Shown here piece by piece: positions 35,426-45,502 of a DNA stretch of 57,730 nucleotides. The notes beneath the pieces were generated by a model. That model ran no database searches. It had not been told where the DNA came from and saw only the letters and a program-made list of their open reading frames with translations. How positions within the stretch are numbered: position 1 is the first letter of the stretch; each line of letters starts with the position of its first letter. The translations under genes were made by a program, and so were the position numbers. This DNA comes from a virus (lineage: Duplodnaviria; Caudoviricetes), in IMG/VR virus record IMGVR_UViG_3300032328_001114, positions 1 to 57,730 of that record; one strand, written 5' to 3'.

Positions 35426-36361
35426 TCAGTAAACTTTTCTAAAATATATTACGCAAAAAACATTTGAAGCTGTTCCTGAAGTTTTCTGTACGCTCAGATT
35501 TTCGCCCTGGACAACTTCAATAACAGTTGCAGGAATAATTACCTGCTTGAGTGCAGAAGTAAAAGCAACGTTTGCTATGATAGCAGCATTAGAATAAAGC
35601 CTAATATTTCCTGCCGAAGTAGCACCTATCAAAGTTATTTTTGAAATCTTTAATTTGTGCGGTGCCAATGGACCAAGCGTTGTAGTGGTTTTATGGTTTC
35701 CAAAGTCCAAAAACTCATTATTACCCCAATTACCCGAGTCGCTGTACTGAAAATCATCCTGCGCAGTAGTCACCCAATCAACACCATCGTAAAAATAAGT
35801 AAGTCCATCGTTATCATTGCGCCAAAGCACATCGGTATAAACGGGTGGAAATTCGGAACAAATTACGCAGCCATCGCCAGATGGTGGACTAGAAACTCCT
35901 TCGGGCTCGACGCTACCACAATTACAAAGCGATTCGCTGCCATCCTCAACGCGGTTCATGTCGATGTCCGCAGCATCGGTAAATATTTTATTGATAACTG
36001 CCTCACAATTCAATATCTTAAGCTCGAAAGTATCGTCATCATAACAGCATATCTCTATACTGTCGCCCGAATATCCCAATATGAAAAAAGAAAGCCTGAT
36101 TTGGGCAATTATGGCTTTTAGGTCAGCATCTGTACTTATCGAAATAGGCGCAGGGAAAGTGCGTGATATGCCGTTTATGGCTATGCCCGTAATTTCCGAA
36201 ATCGTTGGAATGGGGTCATCCAAAACCACATCGCTCCTAAAGTTCGCTACATAGTCCTTCTCGCAGGTCGAAGTACAGCAACCACTAGCCCCGCCGCCAG
36301 AGAAAAATATCCTCTTTTTGCTAAAGGAAATAGGTAATATCTTTCTTAATAAAGTTGCCAT
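35426..36361 (-). CDS. Putative virion fibre/appendage protein
   Basis: Cys-rich N-terminus, LWRNDNDGLTYFYDGVDWV fibre-type motif, beta-rich C-terminal domain. Confidence 0.6.
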   Translation of the reverse strand: MATLLRKILPISFSKKRIFFSGGGASGCCTSTCEKDYVANFRSDVVLDDPIPTISEITGIAINGISRTFPAPISISTDADLKAIIAQIRLSFFILGYSGDSIEICCYDDDTFELKILNCEAVINKIFTDAADIDMNRVEDGSESLCNCGSVEPEGVSSPPSGDGCVICSEFPPVYTDVLWRNDNDGLTYFYDGVDWVTTAQDDFQYSDSGNWGNNEFLDFGNHKTTTTLGPLAPHKLKISKITLIGATSAGNIRLYSNAAIIANVAFTSALKQVIIPATVIEVVQGENLSVQKTSGTASNVFCVIYFRKVY

Positions 36362-36373
36362 ATTCGGATTTAT

Positions 36374-36408
36374 AAAAAAGCCTCCTCTTTTTAAAGTAGG
36401 AGGCTTTT
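36374..36408 (-). terminator. Intrinsic terminator
   Basis: AAAAGCCTCCT-loop-AGGAGGCTTTT with T6 on the minus strand. Confidence 0.75.
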
Positions 36409-36433
36409 AAGTGCAGGTATAATTCAGATAAAA

Positions 36434-36880
36434 TTAGTCGATAACGACCAATTCAATGTTTGCCGTAATCATTCCGCAGCTTGTTTCAATCTGAATAGAA
36501 GGAAGGAAAGTACCCTCGGTAATATCAGCCAAATCAAGCGTTGCGATAAGCGTTTGAGCAGTAGTTGCAGTGGTCAAAGGCAAAGCAACAATAGTCCAAT
36601 CGCCTGAGAAATCTCCAGCTACAATCGCATCAGTAGTGATAATTTCACCACTGACTGACTTGGTATAGATTTCAATTGTTTGATCAGCAACCAATGTGGT
36701 TTCAATTTCAATCTTACCAGTTTTATTGATTGTTCCTGTTTCTGATGGGGTGCCATCTTGCAGCAAGCGCCAGAAAAGTGCAACCTCGCAAGTATCTCCA
36801 TCGCACTCGCAAAAAATGTTATCAGTGTACACTTTAAGTGCATTGTCCGGGTTAGCGTCCGGATTAAGTCGTTGTGCCAT
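36434..36880 (-). CDS. Virion protein with the shared NPD..P.NALK..TD.I.CEC N-terminus and an Ig-like domain
   Basis: Start MAQRLNPDANPDNALKVYTDNIFCECD at 36880. Confidence 0.75.
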   Translation of the reverse strand: MAQRLNPDANPDNALKVYTDNIFCECDGDTCEVALFWRLLQDGTPSETGTINKTGKIEIETTLVADQTIEIYTKSVSGEIITTDAIVAGDFSGDWTIVALPLTTATTAQTLIATLDLADITEGTFLPSIQIETSCGMITANIELVVID

Positions 36881-36953
36881 GATTTTTTTTAATTTTATGG
36901 CGCAGCGTTGTATGGCAGCACCGATTTTATTCAATAATTTTATCAATCCAATT

Positions 36954-37967
36954 TTAAGCCGAAGGAGTAAGTGATGAAGTAAAAGCTACAGCCGTAACTG
37001 TATTTTTCAACTTTACGTTACGAGCAGCCAAACCTGTGTTAGTGTAAGTATCGTATGCGTTTGCATAGATAGTTGATGCTACACCAGTAATAACATAACC
37101 AGTGCCAACAGCTATATCATAGCGGTTGTGAGTAGAAGATACAGAAGCTCCAGCTATAGTTAGGTTTACCGCGCTCCCATTGGTTGCTGCATTGATAACG
37201 TTATTGTGGCTCAAAAACAAAATGCCTGTAACTTTAAACAATGAACCCGATGTAGTTCCTCTCAAGGTTGAATATCCAAATGAAGCTACAGCAGCTCCAG
37301 CGCCTGTTGCTTGCTCCAAAATAGCCGTAACATCGTAGTCATCACCAGTTCCGCTATAAACCAAACTTGCATTTGTTTGTCTGATAGCAAAAGGGCCTGT
37401 TGCTCCCGAACCGCGATACCAATTGCCAAGACTATAGTAGCGTGCATTTGCGTTTGTAATTTGCACCATGCCGTAGGTATTAGTGTTGCTATTGTCTTGG
37501 AAAAAGCAACCTATTGTGTTGACTTGACATACTTGAGTAGTACCGGCTATTGTCAAGATTGGCGTATCTGTAAGCGCTACCAACAAACAGTTTTGGATGC
37601 TGATTCGGTTGTTTACCGCATTCAAAGAAGTTGGTGTAAATGTGTGAGCCCCAATAATTTTCGTGGTAGTAGTATCTTTAAAGTTACCGCTACCTTGAAG
37701 CATTACGCTTTGCTTGAGCGTAAGATTCTCTGTATAAGAGCCGGGAGGTATAACTACTACACCTACATTGTTTGAATTTGCGCCGACTGCGGCAAGGTCA
37801 ATACATTCTTGTATCGTTGTGCCGTCTATTCCTACAATAAAAGTTCTTGTCATAAAATTAGGATTTGGTGGAACAGGAATTACATCTTCACACTCACATT
37901 TTATAATGTCAGTGGTCATTTTAAGAGCATTATTTGGACTTGCATCCGGATTGATTCGCTTTGCCAT
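36954..37967 (-). CDS. Virion protein with the shared N-terminus and a beta-helix-like (pectin-lyase-type) domain
   Basis: MAKRINPDASPNNALKMTTDIIKCECE; TIQECID...VVIPPGSYTENLTLK is a beta-helix cap motif. Confidence 0.75.
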   Translation of the reverse strand: MAKRINPDASPNNALKMTTDIIKCECEDVIPVPPNPNFMTRTFIVGIDGTTIQECIDLAAVGANSNNVGVVVIPPGSYTENLTLKQSVMLQGSGNFKDTTTTKIIGAHTFTPTSLNAVNNRISIQNCLLVALTDTPILTIAGTTQVCQVNTIGCFFQDNSNTNTYGMVQITNANARYYSLGNWYRGSGATGPFAIRQTNASLVYSGTGDDYDVTAILEQATGAGAAVASFGYSTLRGTTSGSLFKVTGILFLSHNNVINAATNGSAVNLTIAGASVSSTHNRYDIAVGTGYVITGVASTIYANAYDTYTNTGLAARNVKLKNTVTAVAFTSSLTPSA

Positions 37968-37982
37968 ACTTTTGTTTTTATT

Positions 37983-38906
37983 TTAAGACACCACGTATGG
38001 AAGTACTAATGTTACTTCGTAAATAGGATTTGATGGTTCAATTGCAAGCGTTACAGATGAATCCGTATGAGAACCTGGGTCACCATTATCCAAAAGGAAT
38101 GCACCCAAGAATTGCTCTGTAAATTGGTTAATAGTTACAGGGAATGCAGGGTCTGGAATAGTATTGAGTGCAATTTGTACAAGGTCAGTTGCTGCACTTG
38201 CATCTGGTTGTGCCATGTCAATATCCAAAGCATTATTAGCAATGGCATAAACTAGAAAAGCAAACAAACCAGTGGTAGAAACAGGCACAGGAGAGCTAAG
38301 GGAATAAGACTCTGGACCACTTCCATCTTGGAAGAAGTTAAGAATCTGACTTGGAGAGCCTACGATGTCATAAACGCCTGGCGTTACTTCTTCAACTTCT
38401 GCAATATAAATACGCGCCTCATAACCTAATTCGATTGCAAGGATATTATAGTTCATTGTCACTACAACAGTTCCGCAGCTTGTTTCAAATGTAAATACAC
38501 TTGTGTGTGCTCCGCTTGGCTCATCCGCAGCAAATGTAAGCTTGAAAAACACTATTGGAACGGCAGGAGTATCAAATGTATAAGGAATTGGACTTTCATC
38601 GCCCCAATCAGCTGCAAAATCACCCGATGGAGTAGCAGAAAGAATCTGCAAAGCGCCAGTAAGCAATGCAAAGCCGATTACAAACTCTCCGCCAGCTTCA
38701 AATGTTCCAAAATCTACCGTGATTTCAGAAGCCAATGGCACTTCACCATCGTTTACTGTTTCAGGTATTACTCCAGCCGTAAAATCCCAAAAGAAAAGCG
38801 AATCGCAAGATTGGTCTATGCTAGGTTCGCACTCACACTTGATATTATCAGTGTACATTTTGAGCGCGTTGTTCGGGTTCGCATCTGGGTTGATTCTCTT
38901 AGCCAT
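37983..38906 (-). CDS. Acidic virion protein with the shared N-terminus and two Ig-like domains
   Basis: Start MAKRINPDANPNNALKMYTDNIKCECE at 38906, 1 nt after the upstream stop. Confidence 0.75.
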   Translation of the reverse strand: MAKRINPDANPNNALKMYTDNIKCECEPSIDQSCDSLFFWDFTAGVIPETVNDGEVPLASEITVDFGTFEAGGEFVIGFALLTGALQILSATPSGDFAADWGDESPIPYTFDTPAVPIVFFKLTFAADEPSGAHTSVFTFETSCGTVVVTMNYNILAIELGYEARIYIAEVEEVTPGVYDIVGSPSQILNFFQDGSGPESYSLSSPVPVSTTGLFAFLVYAIANNALDIDMAQPDASAATDLVQIALNTIPDPAFPVTINQFTEQFLGAFLLDNGDPGSHTDSSVTLAIEPSNPIYEVTLVLPYVVS

Positions 38907-38907
38907 T

Positions 38908-39165
38908 TTACCAAAGTTTTTTAGGGCAGGTAGCAACTACCTTATCCGCGTTTTGTAAGCTTAAAACAGGGTCATACACAAGCGCAGCTTTAGCATCTAC
39001 AAAGCATTTGCAGATTCCGCACTGTCTTGTCGCTTTTAAGAACTCGGGGCAATTTTCGCAAATTGACAGCCGTAATTCCTTTTCTTTCTCGTCCACTCTC
39101 GAAACATCGACGCCTTTGTCCACAAAGAACTCAATTGTTTCGAAGATTTTTTTAAGTCCAAACAT
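38908..39165 (-). CDS. Small Cys-rich protein (DUF6171-like)
   Basis: RLSICENC...QCGICKCFVDAK...CPKKLW. Confidence 0.7.
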   Translation of the reverse strand: MFGLKKIFETIEFFVDKGVDVSRVDEKEKELRLSICENCPEFLKATRQCGICKCFVDAKAALVYDPVLSLQNADKVVATCPKKLW

Positions 39166-39177
39166 ACTTGTCAGATT

Positions 39178-39891
39178 TTATAGTTCGTCCGCATTGGGCT
39201 TCTCCGCATATTTTGAACCGTTGACATTGAATCCAAAATTAGGATAGCGATTCCTGCCTTTTGGGCCGCATGTGTTATTGATAAGCGGCTTATAAAGCGG
39301 ATATTTAGCCGCGTTTCTTTGAATAAAGAGGTCCATATTATAACACACATCGTCAATGTCTGTTTTCATGCCCTCTTTATAGGTTTGCAGCTCCTTTATT
39401 GAAACAGAATCAAACGTTTCATCCTTGCTCTTTGTGACCCCCTTAGCGGTCACTTTGATTGCGCTGTAAAGCACAGAGGTATAAAGAACATTGAATGCAA
39501 GAATCGTTCTCAAATATCGCTCCCAAAGAAAATTATAGTCGTCATTCGCAAACTTCTTGGCTCTCGTCCAATTAACCTTGCTGGTAGGCGCTACGCCTGT
39601 CGAGTTGGCAACAATGAGCGTAAAAAGCTCATCCGTAAACTGCACAGTTTGACCGATTATATAGGCGGTTGTATTGGAGTAATCCCCAACGTAGTTCGGT
39701 AGGGTTTCATAGTCGATTTTATCAGCGACAAGCGCCTCGTAGAACTCCCACCCAAAGTACAAATTGAAAAGCTTTTCCTCTTTGTTCTGAATAAAATTTT
39801 CTCTAAGCGCAGTGCTATCGTGAGCATCTGCAGGTGAAAACTTACGAACCTCGTTAGGGGTTATAAGGGATATTCGAGAATTAAGAAACAT
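39178..39891 (-). CDS. Head-tail adaptor-like protein
   Basis: Directly after the portal; LIT..EV, G.EFYEAL, KVTAKGV patterns. Confidence 0.6.
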   Translation of the reverse strand: MFLNSRISLITPNEVRKFSPADAHDSTALRENFIQNKEEKLFNLYFGWEFYEALVADKIDYETLPNYVGDYSNTTAYIIGQTVQFTDELFTLIVANSTGVAPTSKVNWTRAKKFANDDYNFLWERYLRTILAFNVLYTSVLYSAIKVTAKGVTKSKDETFDSVSIKELQTYKEGMKTDIDDVCYNMDLFIQRNAAKYPLYKPLINNTCGPKGRNRYPNFGFNVNGSKYAEKPNADEL

Positions 39892-39901
39892 AGCAGCTTT
39901 T

Positions 39902-41215
39902 TTATATTATAGCCGGACCACTAGGTTCAGGGGCGGCGGTATCTTTCAACATTTGTTCGTACAGGTCTTTTAGGCCTATCGTGAGATTGTTAGGGTTGTC
40001 ATACCCTACCCAATCTTCAATCATTTTCAAGGCCGAGCGGAAAGGCTCTAAAATCATCTCCTGTTCGGGCTTAATTTTAGAAGCGTACTTTTGTTTGTAC
40101 ACTTCCATATATTCAGTTCCACCGCCAAGACTGCCCGATATTCTTACGCCCAGGAGCAAGTGATTCCAGTTGTGAGCTTTCAGGATTTGCGTTTCTGCAA
40201 TATCCGCCATGCTTGTATGGAAATTCTCGTCCGTATTGGGGGCGAATTCATGAATAAAGGTTTCTTTGCTGTCGGCAGGGCTATTCCTGTGCATCACAGA
40301 CTTGCGATTCTTGCCGCGCTGTGTGAAGGTGTCGATGATACTCTGGTCAAATGTCTCAATCCAATTACCATCCGCATTGTCCTCCGCATCTCCAAAGGTT
40401 TCAAAGAATACCTTAGCAATCCATCGGTTTAAGTAACCTTCAGTGGTATAATTGCCAAGCTGATACTCTAAAAACTGAAAGAAGATACAACCAATCGAAT
40501 CAGGCTCACCGTAGTAAGCTCTCGAAACTGTTGGGTTTTTCAGGTGAATGATCGTTCTTTTTGTGCCATCGGCAAATTCCCCAACTTCTGGGTAAACAGG
40601 TATAACGGAAGGCGGATGTCTATCGAGATAGTTCATATTCCACTCCGCAGACACGCCAATCATCAACCTGCCATTCACAAAAGAAGGAATCAAGTATCTG
40701 CATCTGTCCGCATCGTGAATGTGAATCTTTGCAAATCGCTGTCCTGCTACTTCTGTAAAGACAATCTCCATGAAGGCATTACCCCATGTCTTATAGCCAT
40801 CATAGAAGCGTTCAATCTGTTCCCACAAAACCCCTGGGTCTGTGAAAGACTGAATAAACTCTATGTACTCATTCCATTCCTCTTGTGTTACCTCTGTCAC
40901 AGTATCAGAAAAAGCTGCAAAGCCGTTGGTTTGCTTCTTTTCTACTGTCATCTTACCGCCTGTTACAAAGGTGATAAGGTCATTGATAATGCCCGAATGA
41001 GTAGGCGATAGACGGCGCATTTTGGCGTAAAACGCTAGGGTTGCGTCGGCACCCTCAAAAAATGGTATAAAGGGATAGCGTGAATAGAGCGTTGAAACGT
41101 CGTCCAAATCTCTAATTTCATATCCGATAGGGTCGTCAATGTTGACGAGCGCTGTCGATGTTTTCTTGCCCGAAGACAAGCGCATTATTTCTTTCGGAGT
41201 TAATTCACCACTCAT
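39902..41215 (-). CDS. Portal protein
   Basis: 437 aa; SPTHSGII, WGNAFMEI, YYGEP, QILKAH, IKPEQ. Confidence 0.85.
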   Translation of the reverse strand: MSGELTPKEIMRLSSGKKTSTALVNIDDPIGYEIRDLDDVSTLYSRYPFIPFFEGADATLAFYAKMRRLSPTHSGIINDLITFVTGGKMTVEKKQTNGFAAFSDTVTEVTQEEWNEYIEFIQSFTDPGVLWEQIERFYDGYKTWGNAFMEIVFTEVAGQRFAKIHIHDADRCRYLIPSFVNGRLMIGVSAEWNMNYLDRHPPSVIPVYPEVGEFADGTKRTIIHLKNPTVSRAYYGEPDSIGCIFFQFLEYQLGNYTTEGYLNRWIAKVFFETFGDAEDNADGNWIETFDQSIIDTFTQRGKNRKSVMHRNSPADSKETFIHEFAPNTDENFHTSMADIAETQILKAHNWNHLLLGVRISGSLGGGTEYMEVYKQKYASKIKPEQEMILEPFRSALKMIEDWVGYDNPNNLTIGLKDLYEQMLKDTAAPEPSGPAII

Positions 41216-41241
41216 ATAGCTATCCCTTTATTCATTTCTTT

Positions 41242-41520
41242 TTATACCATCCAAGGAGCGCCTTCATAATCATCCGGAGGACTGATATAGTCGGCAAAAG
41301 CTGCATTGGAATCAAAAATAAGTTTCAGCTGAGCCTCGGTAGGTACTGGTATAACCACCACCTCTGAAGTGCCATCAGTTTTGTATCGCGTTACGTTAAT
41401 CGGAGCGCCCGACCAACTGAACTCGCCAAATTGCGTGACCATATAAGGCGATGCAATGGTTTCTCCGCTTTCGTTTTTGAAAACAAGCGATTCGGGAATT
41501 TTCCAAGCTGTTCCAGCCAT
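41242..41520 (-). CDS. Small structural-region protein
   Basis: 92 aa between tail tube and portal. Confidence 0.6.
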   Translation of the reverse strand: MAGTAWKIPESLVFKNESGETIASPYMVTQFGEFSWSGAPINVTRYKTDGTSEVVVIPVPTEAQLKLIFDSNAAFADYISPPDDYEGAPWMV

Positions 41521-41584
41521 TTTATTTATGGTTTAAAAGTAGTTTAAAAATTTGATACTTGCAAATAAACCGACTACTAGACTA

Positions 41585-42136
41585 CTAGGTCGGAATAGTG
41601 CTTTCGGCAAGGCCGTAAAATGGCGCATAGAAAATAGTGTCAGCCACAAGGCTTTCAGTATATTCATTGCTGTCCGAAGTAGGGTCAGCTCCGGTATTAC
41701 CAGAACCTTCACCAGTGCGCATGTCTTCGGATGCCCAAGTATCGCTGTCTTTGAAGTAAGAAATACCTGCATAGTGAAGCTTTCCGTTGTTATCTTTTAC
41801 GATAGCATGGTAGCAACAGCAAGTATTCAAGTCCTCAAGCAAACGAGCTGTGAGAGGATTAAGACCAGGCTCAATGAACGTCAATGTCTGGGTGACATTA
41901 GTTCCGTTTTTGATTTTGGTCTTAGCCTGCTCGAAATTAGCTGTCTTCTTTTCGAACTCGATTGCCACGAATCGACCCGCACCGGGCGATCCATTCATCA
42001 CTAACGCTGCAATTGTTCTGGTAGTTGTGTCAAACACAATATCCACAACATTTTCGCAGGCCGTGACCCAGGCCTTATTTATACCTGCACGACCCTGAGG
42101 GCAGTTTTCGGTAGTTATGGGCTGAAATAAACACAT
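41585..42136 (-). CDS. Major tail tube-like protein
   Basis: Likely start MCLFQP; C...GRAGI N-terminus, AIVKDNNG, NTGADPTSDSNEYT; follows the capsid gene. Confidence 0.65.
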   Translation of the reverse strand: MCLFQPITTENCPQGRAGINKAWVTACENVVDIVFDTTTRTIAALVMNGSPGAGRFVAIEFEKKTANFEQAKTKIKNGTNVTQTLTFIEPGLNPLTARLLEDLNTCCCYHAIVKDNNGKLHYAGISYFKDSDTWASEDMRTGEGSGNTGADPTSDSNEYTESLVADTIFYAPFYGLAESTIPT

Positions 42137-42163
42137 GTTTATTAGATTTTTGGTCTGTGAATT

Positions 42164-42202
42164 AAAAAAGGTGGCGGACAATCTGACAAGTCCGCCGACC
42201 TT
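42164..42202 (-). terminator. Intrinsic terminator after the major capsid gene
   Basis: Minus strand AAGGTCGGCGGAC-loop-GTCCGCCACCTT-T run. Confidence 0.8.
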
Positions 42203-42217
42203 ATATGGTGGACAGTG

Positions 42218-43393
42218 CTATACGTAAGTGTTAGAGCTATTGTAGCCCACGGTAAGAAGTTTCGCGTGCGCGTATTTGAAGCCGAATCTGAAATTCGCCA
42301 ACATCCAAATTTTGCCTTTGTCTTTCAACAATGGTGATTTTTGAACTTGCAAAGCGCTGTTGGTGCCTTGGAAAGGAACAACATCGGTAGCCATAACGAG
42401 ATTTTCTTGCGCGATGAACAAAGCGCGTTGGTTCATGCTGAATCCTGCGTAAGGACCAGTCAATTGGATTGCACCAGTTTCAGTGTCGAACATGTCCCAT
42501 TCGGGAATTTCAATCACTGGGAATCCCTCCCAAGTCAATACACCAGGAACAGGCGCACCGTTGATGTACAAACCAGTTGCATTCAATTCACCAAGTGATT
42601 GAAGGTACTGGATATACGCGCGGTAGATACCTGATTGAACCATGAAAATAGGCCAATCACCATTGGGGCGGTTGCGATTCCAGTAGCGGAGTTCCATAGA
42701 GCTGTTAATCAGCATGGTTTGGAAAAATCCGATAACATTGGCTGGGTTTATTGCGTTTCCGCTACCAGTTCCGTCGTTGGTGTCAACGTATTTTACTTTT
42801 CCATCTTGCGCCGCGGTCACGATGTCATACCACCAGCCGTTGCAATGGCGCATCATGTTGACAAACTTTTCGCGTTCCGTTACCGAATAAGCGCTAAGGT
42901 CGATGTCAAAACCATAGTCCACAGTATCGAAAGTGGTGTCACCAAACCAAGCAATCTTGTAGATGTCATCCGCCAAGCCTTGACGCAACAACAAGACTTG
43001 CGCCATGAGGATTGCATTGAGTGCAGGAGAGGCCTCCATGTCATTGACAAGGTTACCAGCCGCTTGCAGGTTACGGGCACAGCCCTTGTCCCATTCATCG
43101 GCACATTGTTCGCCGTTGACCTCATAGTCACATACCTCTACGGTACGAGTTTCGAGACCAAAGGAAACGGTTGGGTTCCAGGTATTACAATTTGTTTTGC
43201 CCTGAAGAGAGTTCTTAGGTTTGATAAGATGCGTCATGCGCATTTTATCCTTGACCCCCTCTTCAATTCTGTACACACCCAGCAGGTTCTGCGCTACGTT
43301 TTCGTAGTTGAGCGCAGGCTGCAAAAGGAGCTTATTAACATTGTGCGTGTCCAAATCCAAAAGGATTGTATCCGCGTTAGTTGAATATGCCAT
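42218..43393 (-). CDS. Major capsid protein
   Basis: 391 aa directly after the prohead protease; IAWFGDT and GFPVIEIPEW patterns; followed by a terminator. Confidence 0.85.
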   Translation of the reverse strand: MAYSTNADTILLDLDTHNVNKLLLQPALNYENVAQNLLGVYRIEEGVKDKMRMTHLIKPKNSLQGKTNCNTWNPTVSFGLETRTVEVCDYEVNGEQCADEWDKGCARNLQAAGNLVNDMEASPALNAILMAQVLLLRQGLADDIYKIAWFGDTTFDTVDYGFDIDLSAYSVTEREKFVNMMRHCNGWWYDIVTAAQDGKVKYVDTNDGTGSGNAINPANVIGFFQTMLINSSMELRYWNRNRPNGDWPIFMVQSGIYRAYIQYLQSLGELNATGLYINGAPVPGVLTWEGFPVIEIPEWDMFDTETGAIQLTGPYAGFSMNQRALFIAQENLVMATDVVPFQGTNSALQVQKSPLLKDKGKIWMLANFRFGFKYAHAKLLTVGYNSSNTYV

Positions 43394-43459
43394 TGGTTAA
43401 TAGATTTTTTTTAGAAGAAAAAAATATGAAATTACTGCCTCCTTTTTGTATGGGCGGTA

Positions 43460-44641
43460 CTACTTTTTGGTTACTTTGAGCAAATTGCTTTTTTGGACGT
43501 TGAAAACATCCTGCGTAATTGCTCCGCTTTGAAGCATGCTTTTGAGCTGTTTGAATTGAGGATTGTTTTCCAAAGCATCCTCCGGAGAGTCGCCACCAGT
43601 GCCACCACCGATGCCTGCGCCGCCATTATTACCAGCAGTTCCACCGCTCGCACCTGATTTGAGGTCTGCCAATTCTTTGACAACCTTGTCCAAGTCAGAT
43701 TTAGGAACAAAGCCTTTTTCAGCAATCAAAGCATTGATATCGTCTTTGCTAAGACCAGGAGTAGCTTTTACGATTGCCTCGGCCAAGGATTCACCCAAAG
43801 CTTTGAGTTTCTTTTCAACTTCTGCAATCTGCGGATCAACAACCTCTTTGATTGCTTCTTCAGTAACTGCAAGTTCAACGGCTTCGATGTCTTCAGGTTT
43901 GATGTCTTCGGGTGTTAAGTCCGTACCATCAGCTTTTTTCATTGTTGCGCCACTGCCTTTAAGTACTGTAAAAATACTTGCAATGATGCGCTGTCCGATA
44001 GATTTTTTCATGATGTCTTCTTCTTTTGGTTTTTGAAAACTTTTTGTTTTGTTCGTCGGCAGTTTTGGCGCTGAGAACGATTTGTATAAATAGCTATCTG
44101 TAGATACGGATGCTCTTTTTTCGCCTGCTTTTGATTCCTCGATGGCTTCTGTCTTTACAGCGCCGCCAAGGTTTTTAATAACTGTTGCAGAACGATTTGA
44201 AGGAATATCGACAATCGAAATCTCATAAAGCTCCCACTTCGTAAAAGTGTAGCCCCATTGACCGTCTAATCTATCTTCTGGTGCATCAGACCACGCAAGG
44301 GCGCGGAATCCGATACTAGCACAGTTGATAAATCCTCCTTTCACCTTGTTATAAATTTTCACGGACATTTCATCCTCTGGGTCAAATACTGCATCAGCAA
44401 GCATGACCTTTTGAAACATACCGTTTACCTCCATTGTAACGGCGCGCAGGTTTTCCCAACGCACAATAGGAGTTATTTTTGTGGAATCAGCGTCACCACT
44501 CCAAGCATCCATCGAGCGATGGTGATTGTAATAACCCACAGGATTTTGCATAAAACTTTTTGCATCTAAACCATCGATGATGACGCGCTCGCTATGTCTG
44601 TCTAACTCCTCGGTGGTGATGATAAATGTAATTGGTTCCAT
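43460..44641 (-). CDS. HK97-type prohead protease with a C-terminal scaffold
   Basis: LDRHSE, YNH, ASIGF, ELYEISIVDIPSN. Confidence 0.92.
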   Translation of the reverse strand: MEPITFIITTEELDRHSERVIIDGLDAKSFMQNPVGYYNHHRSMDAWSGDADSTKITPIVRWENLRAVTMEVNGMFQKVMLADAVFDPEDEMSVKIYNKVKGGFINCASIGFRALAWSDAPEDRLDGQWGYTFTKWELYEISIVDIPSNRSATVIKNLGGAVKTEAIEESKAGEKRASVSTDSYLYKSFSAPKLPTNKTKSFQKPKEEDIMKKSIGQRIIASIFTVLKGSGATMKKADGTDLTPEDIKPEDIEAVELAVTEEAIKEVVDPQIAEVEKKLKALGESLAEAIVKATPGLSKDDINALIAEKGFVPKSDLDKVVKELADLKSGASGGTAGNNGGAGIGGGTGGDSPEDALENNPQFKQLKSMLQSGAITQDVFNVQKSNLLKVTKK

Positions 44642-44809
44642 GCAGAAAATTTATTGAAAATATTAAACAAAGTTTTGTCTAAAAGCATTTTTTAAAACGA
44701 TTTGTAGCATTTTAAAAGTTATTTTGTTAACTTTGAACCGCTTGTTTGCAAGCATATTGCAAACGGATTTGTACAAATCTTTATTAAATTTAGTAAATTT
44801 ATTTCAAAA
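44642..44809. promoter_or_regulatory. Divergent head/tail control region
   Basis: AT-rich gap between divergent structural operons; TAACTTTG at 44728-44735; inverted repeat TTTGCAA-gcata-TTGCAAA near 44745-44763. Confidence 0.5.
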
Positions 44810-45499
44810 ATGGAAGCGAACGAACTAAAGGCCTACTGCGTAGAAGCCCTGAAGGAAATTTTTGGCTTACTTGAAAACGCGGGAGACCCTAAACTCACAG
44901 TGGCAAAAAGCCATGTGCGTAATGCCATCGGGGCAATTAGCCCCAAGGAAACCGTTGGACTGCGCGGCTTGAATGCCAACGTAAACAATATTCCTAAAAC
45001 TACATTCGGAACTACGCCCCCAAAGCGAAAGGGCAGCGGAGGACAAAACACTCAGACGGGAGCCCCTGCTGCGGAGGATAAGGAAATCGTTTTGAATGAA
45101 AATACCACATTCAAGGTTGGAACTCCCGCCAACAAAAAGAAGGGTAAAGCTTTCGTAGAAGCATCTCAAGAGAAAACAGCCGAAGAAATTGCGGCAGAGG
45201 AAGCGCTCAAGCAGGCTTTGGCAGCAGCTGAGGAGGAAGAAACCGAGGAGGAAGTTAAAAAGATTACTTTCAGCATCGAGCAAATGAGCAAGATTGCTGC
45301 ACATCCGAATGGAGGCATCATGAAGAAGCTCGTTGATTCTACAGCTGAAGAAATCTTGGAACTGTATTCATTTGAACAGCTCAAGGCTATTGCCGTTCAG
45401 ATTGGTGCCGATATTCATCCAGCGATGAGACGCGCAGACTCTGTGTTGGCTAAAATCTTGGACCGTATCAATTTCATTACAACTGCTGAATTTAAGTAA
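44810..45499 (+). CDS. Hypothetical protein (C-terminal HeH/Rho-N-like helices)
   Basis: 229 aa, low-complexity middle, YSFEQLKAIAVQIG. Confidence 0.7.
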   Translation: MEANELKAYCVEALKEIFGLLENAGDPKLTVAKSHVRNAIGAISPKETVGLRGLNANVNNIPKTTFGTTPPKRKGSGGQNTQTGAPAAEDKEIVLNENTTFKVGTPANKKKGKAFVEASQEKTAEEIAAEEALKQALAAAEEEETEEEVKKITFSIEQMSKIAAHPNGGIMKKLVDSTAEEILELYSFEQLKAIAVQIGADIHPAMRRADSVLAKILDRINFITTAEFK

Positions 45500-45502
45500 T
45501 AG

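Noticed and set aside
36800-38906. Diversity-generating retroelement TR/VR pair from the repeated 5' gene segments
   Set aside because: No reverse transcriptase; the repeats are N-terminal coding segments with largely synonymous differences, not adenine-specific C-terminal variation.
42635-43384. 249-aa plus-strand ORF and other long antisense ORFs (e.g. 605-1027, 24898-25428, 43563-44036)
   Set aside because: These are shadows of well-supported genes on the opposite strand, with no motifs, leaders or promoters.
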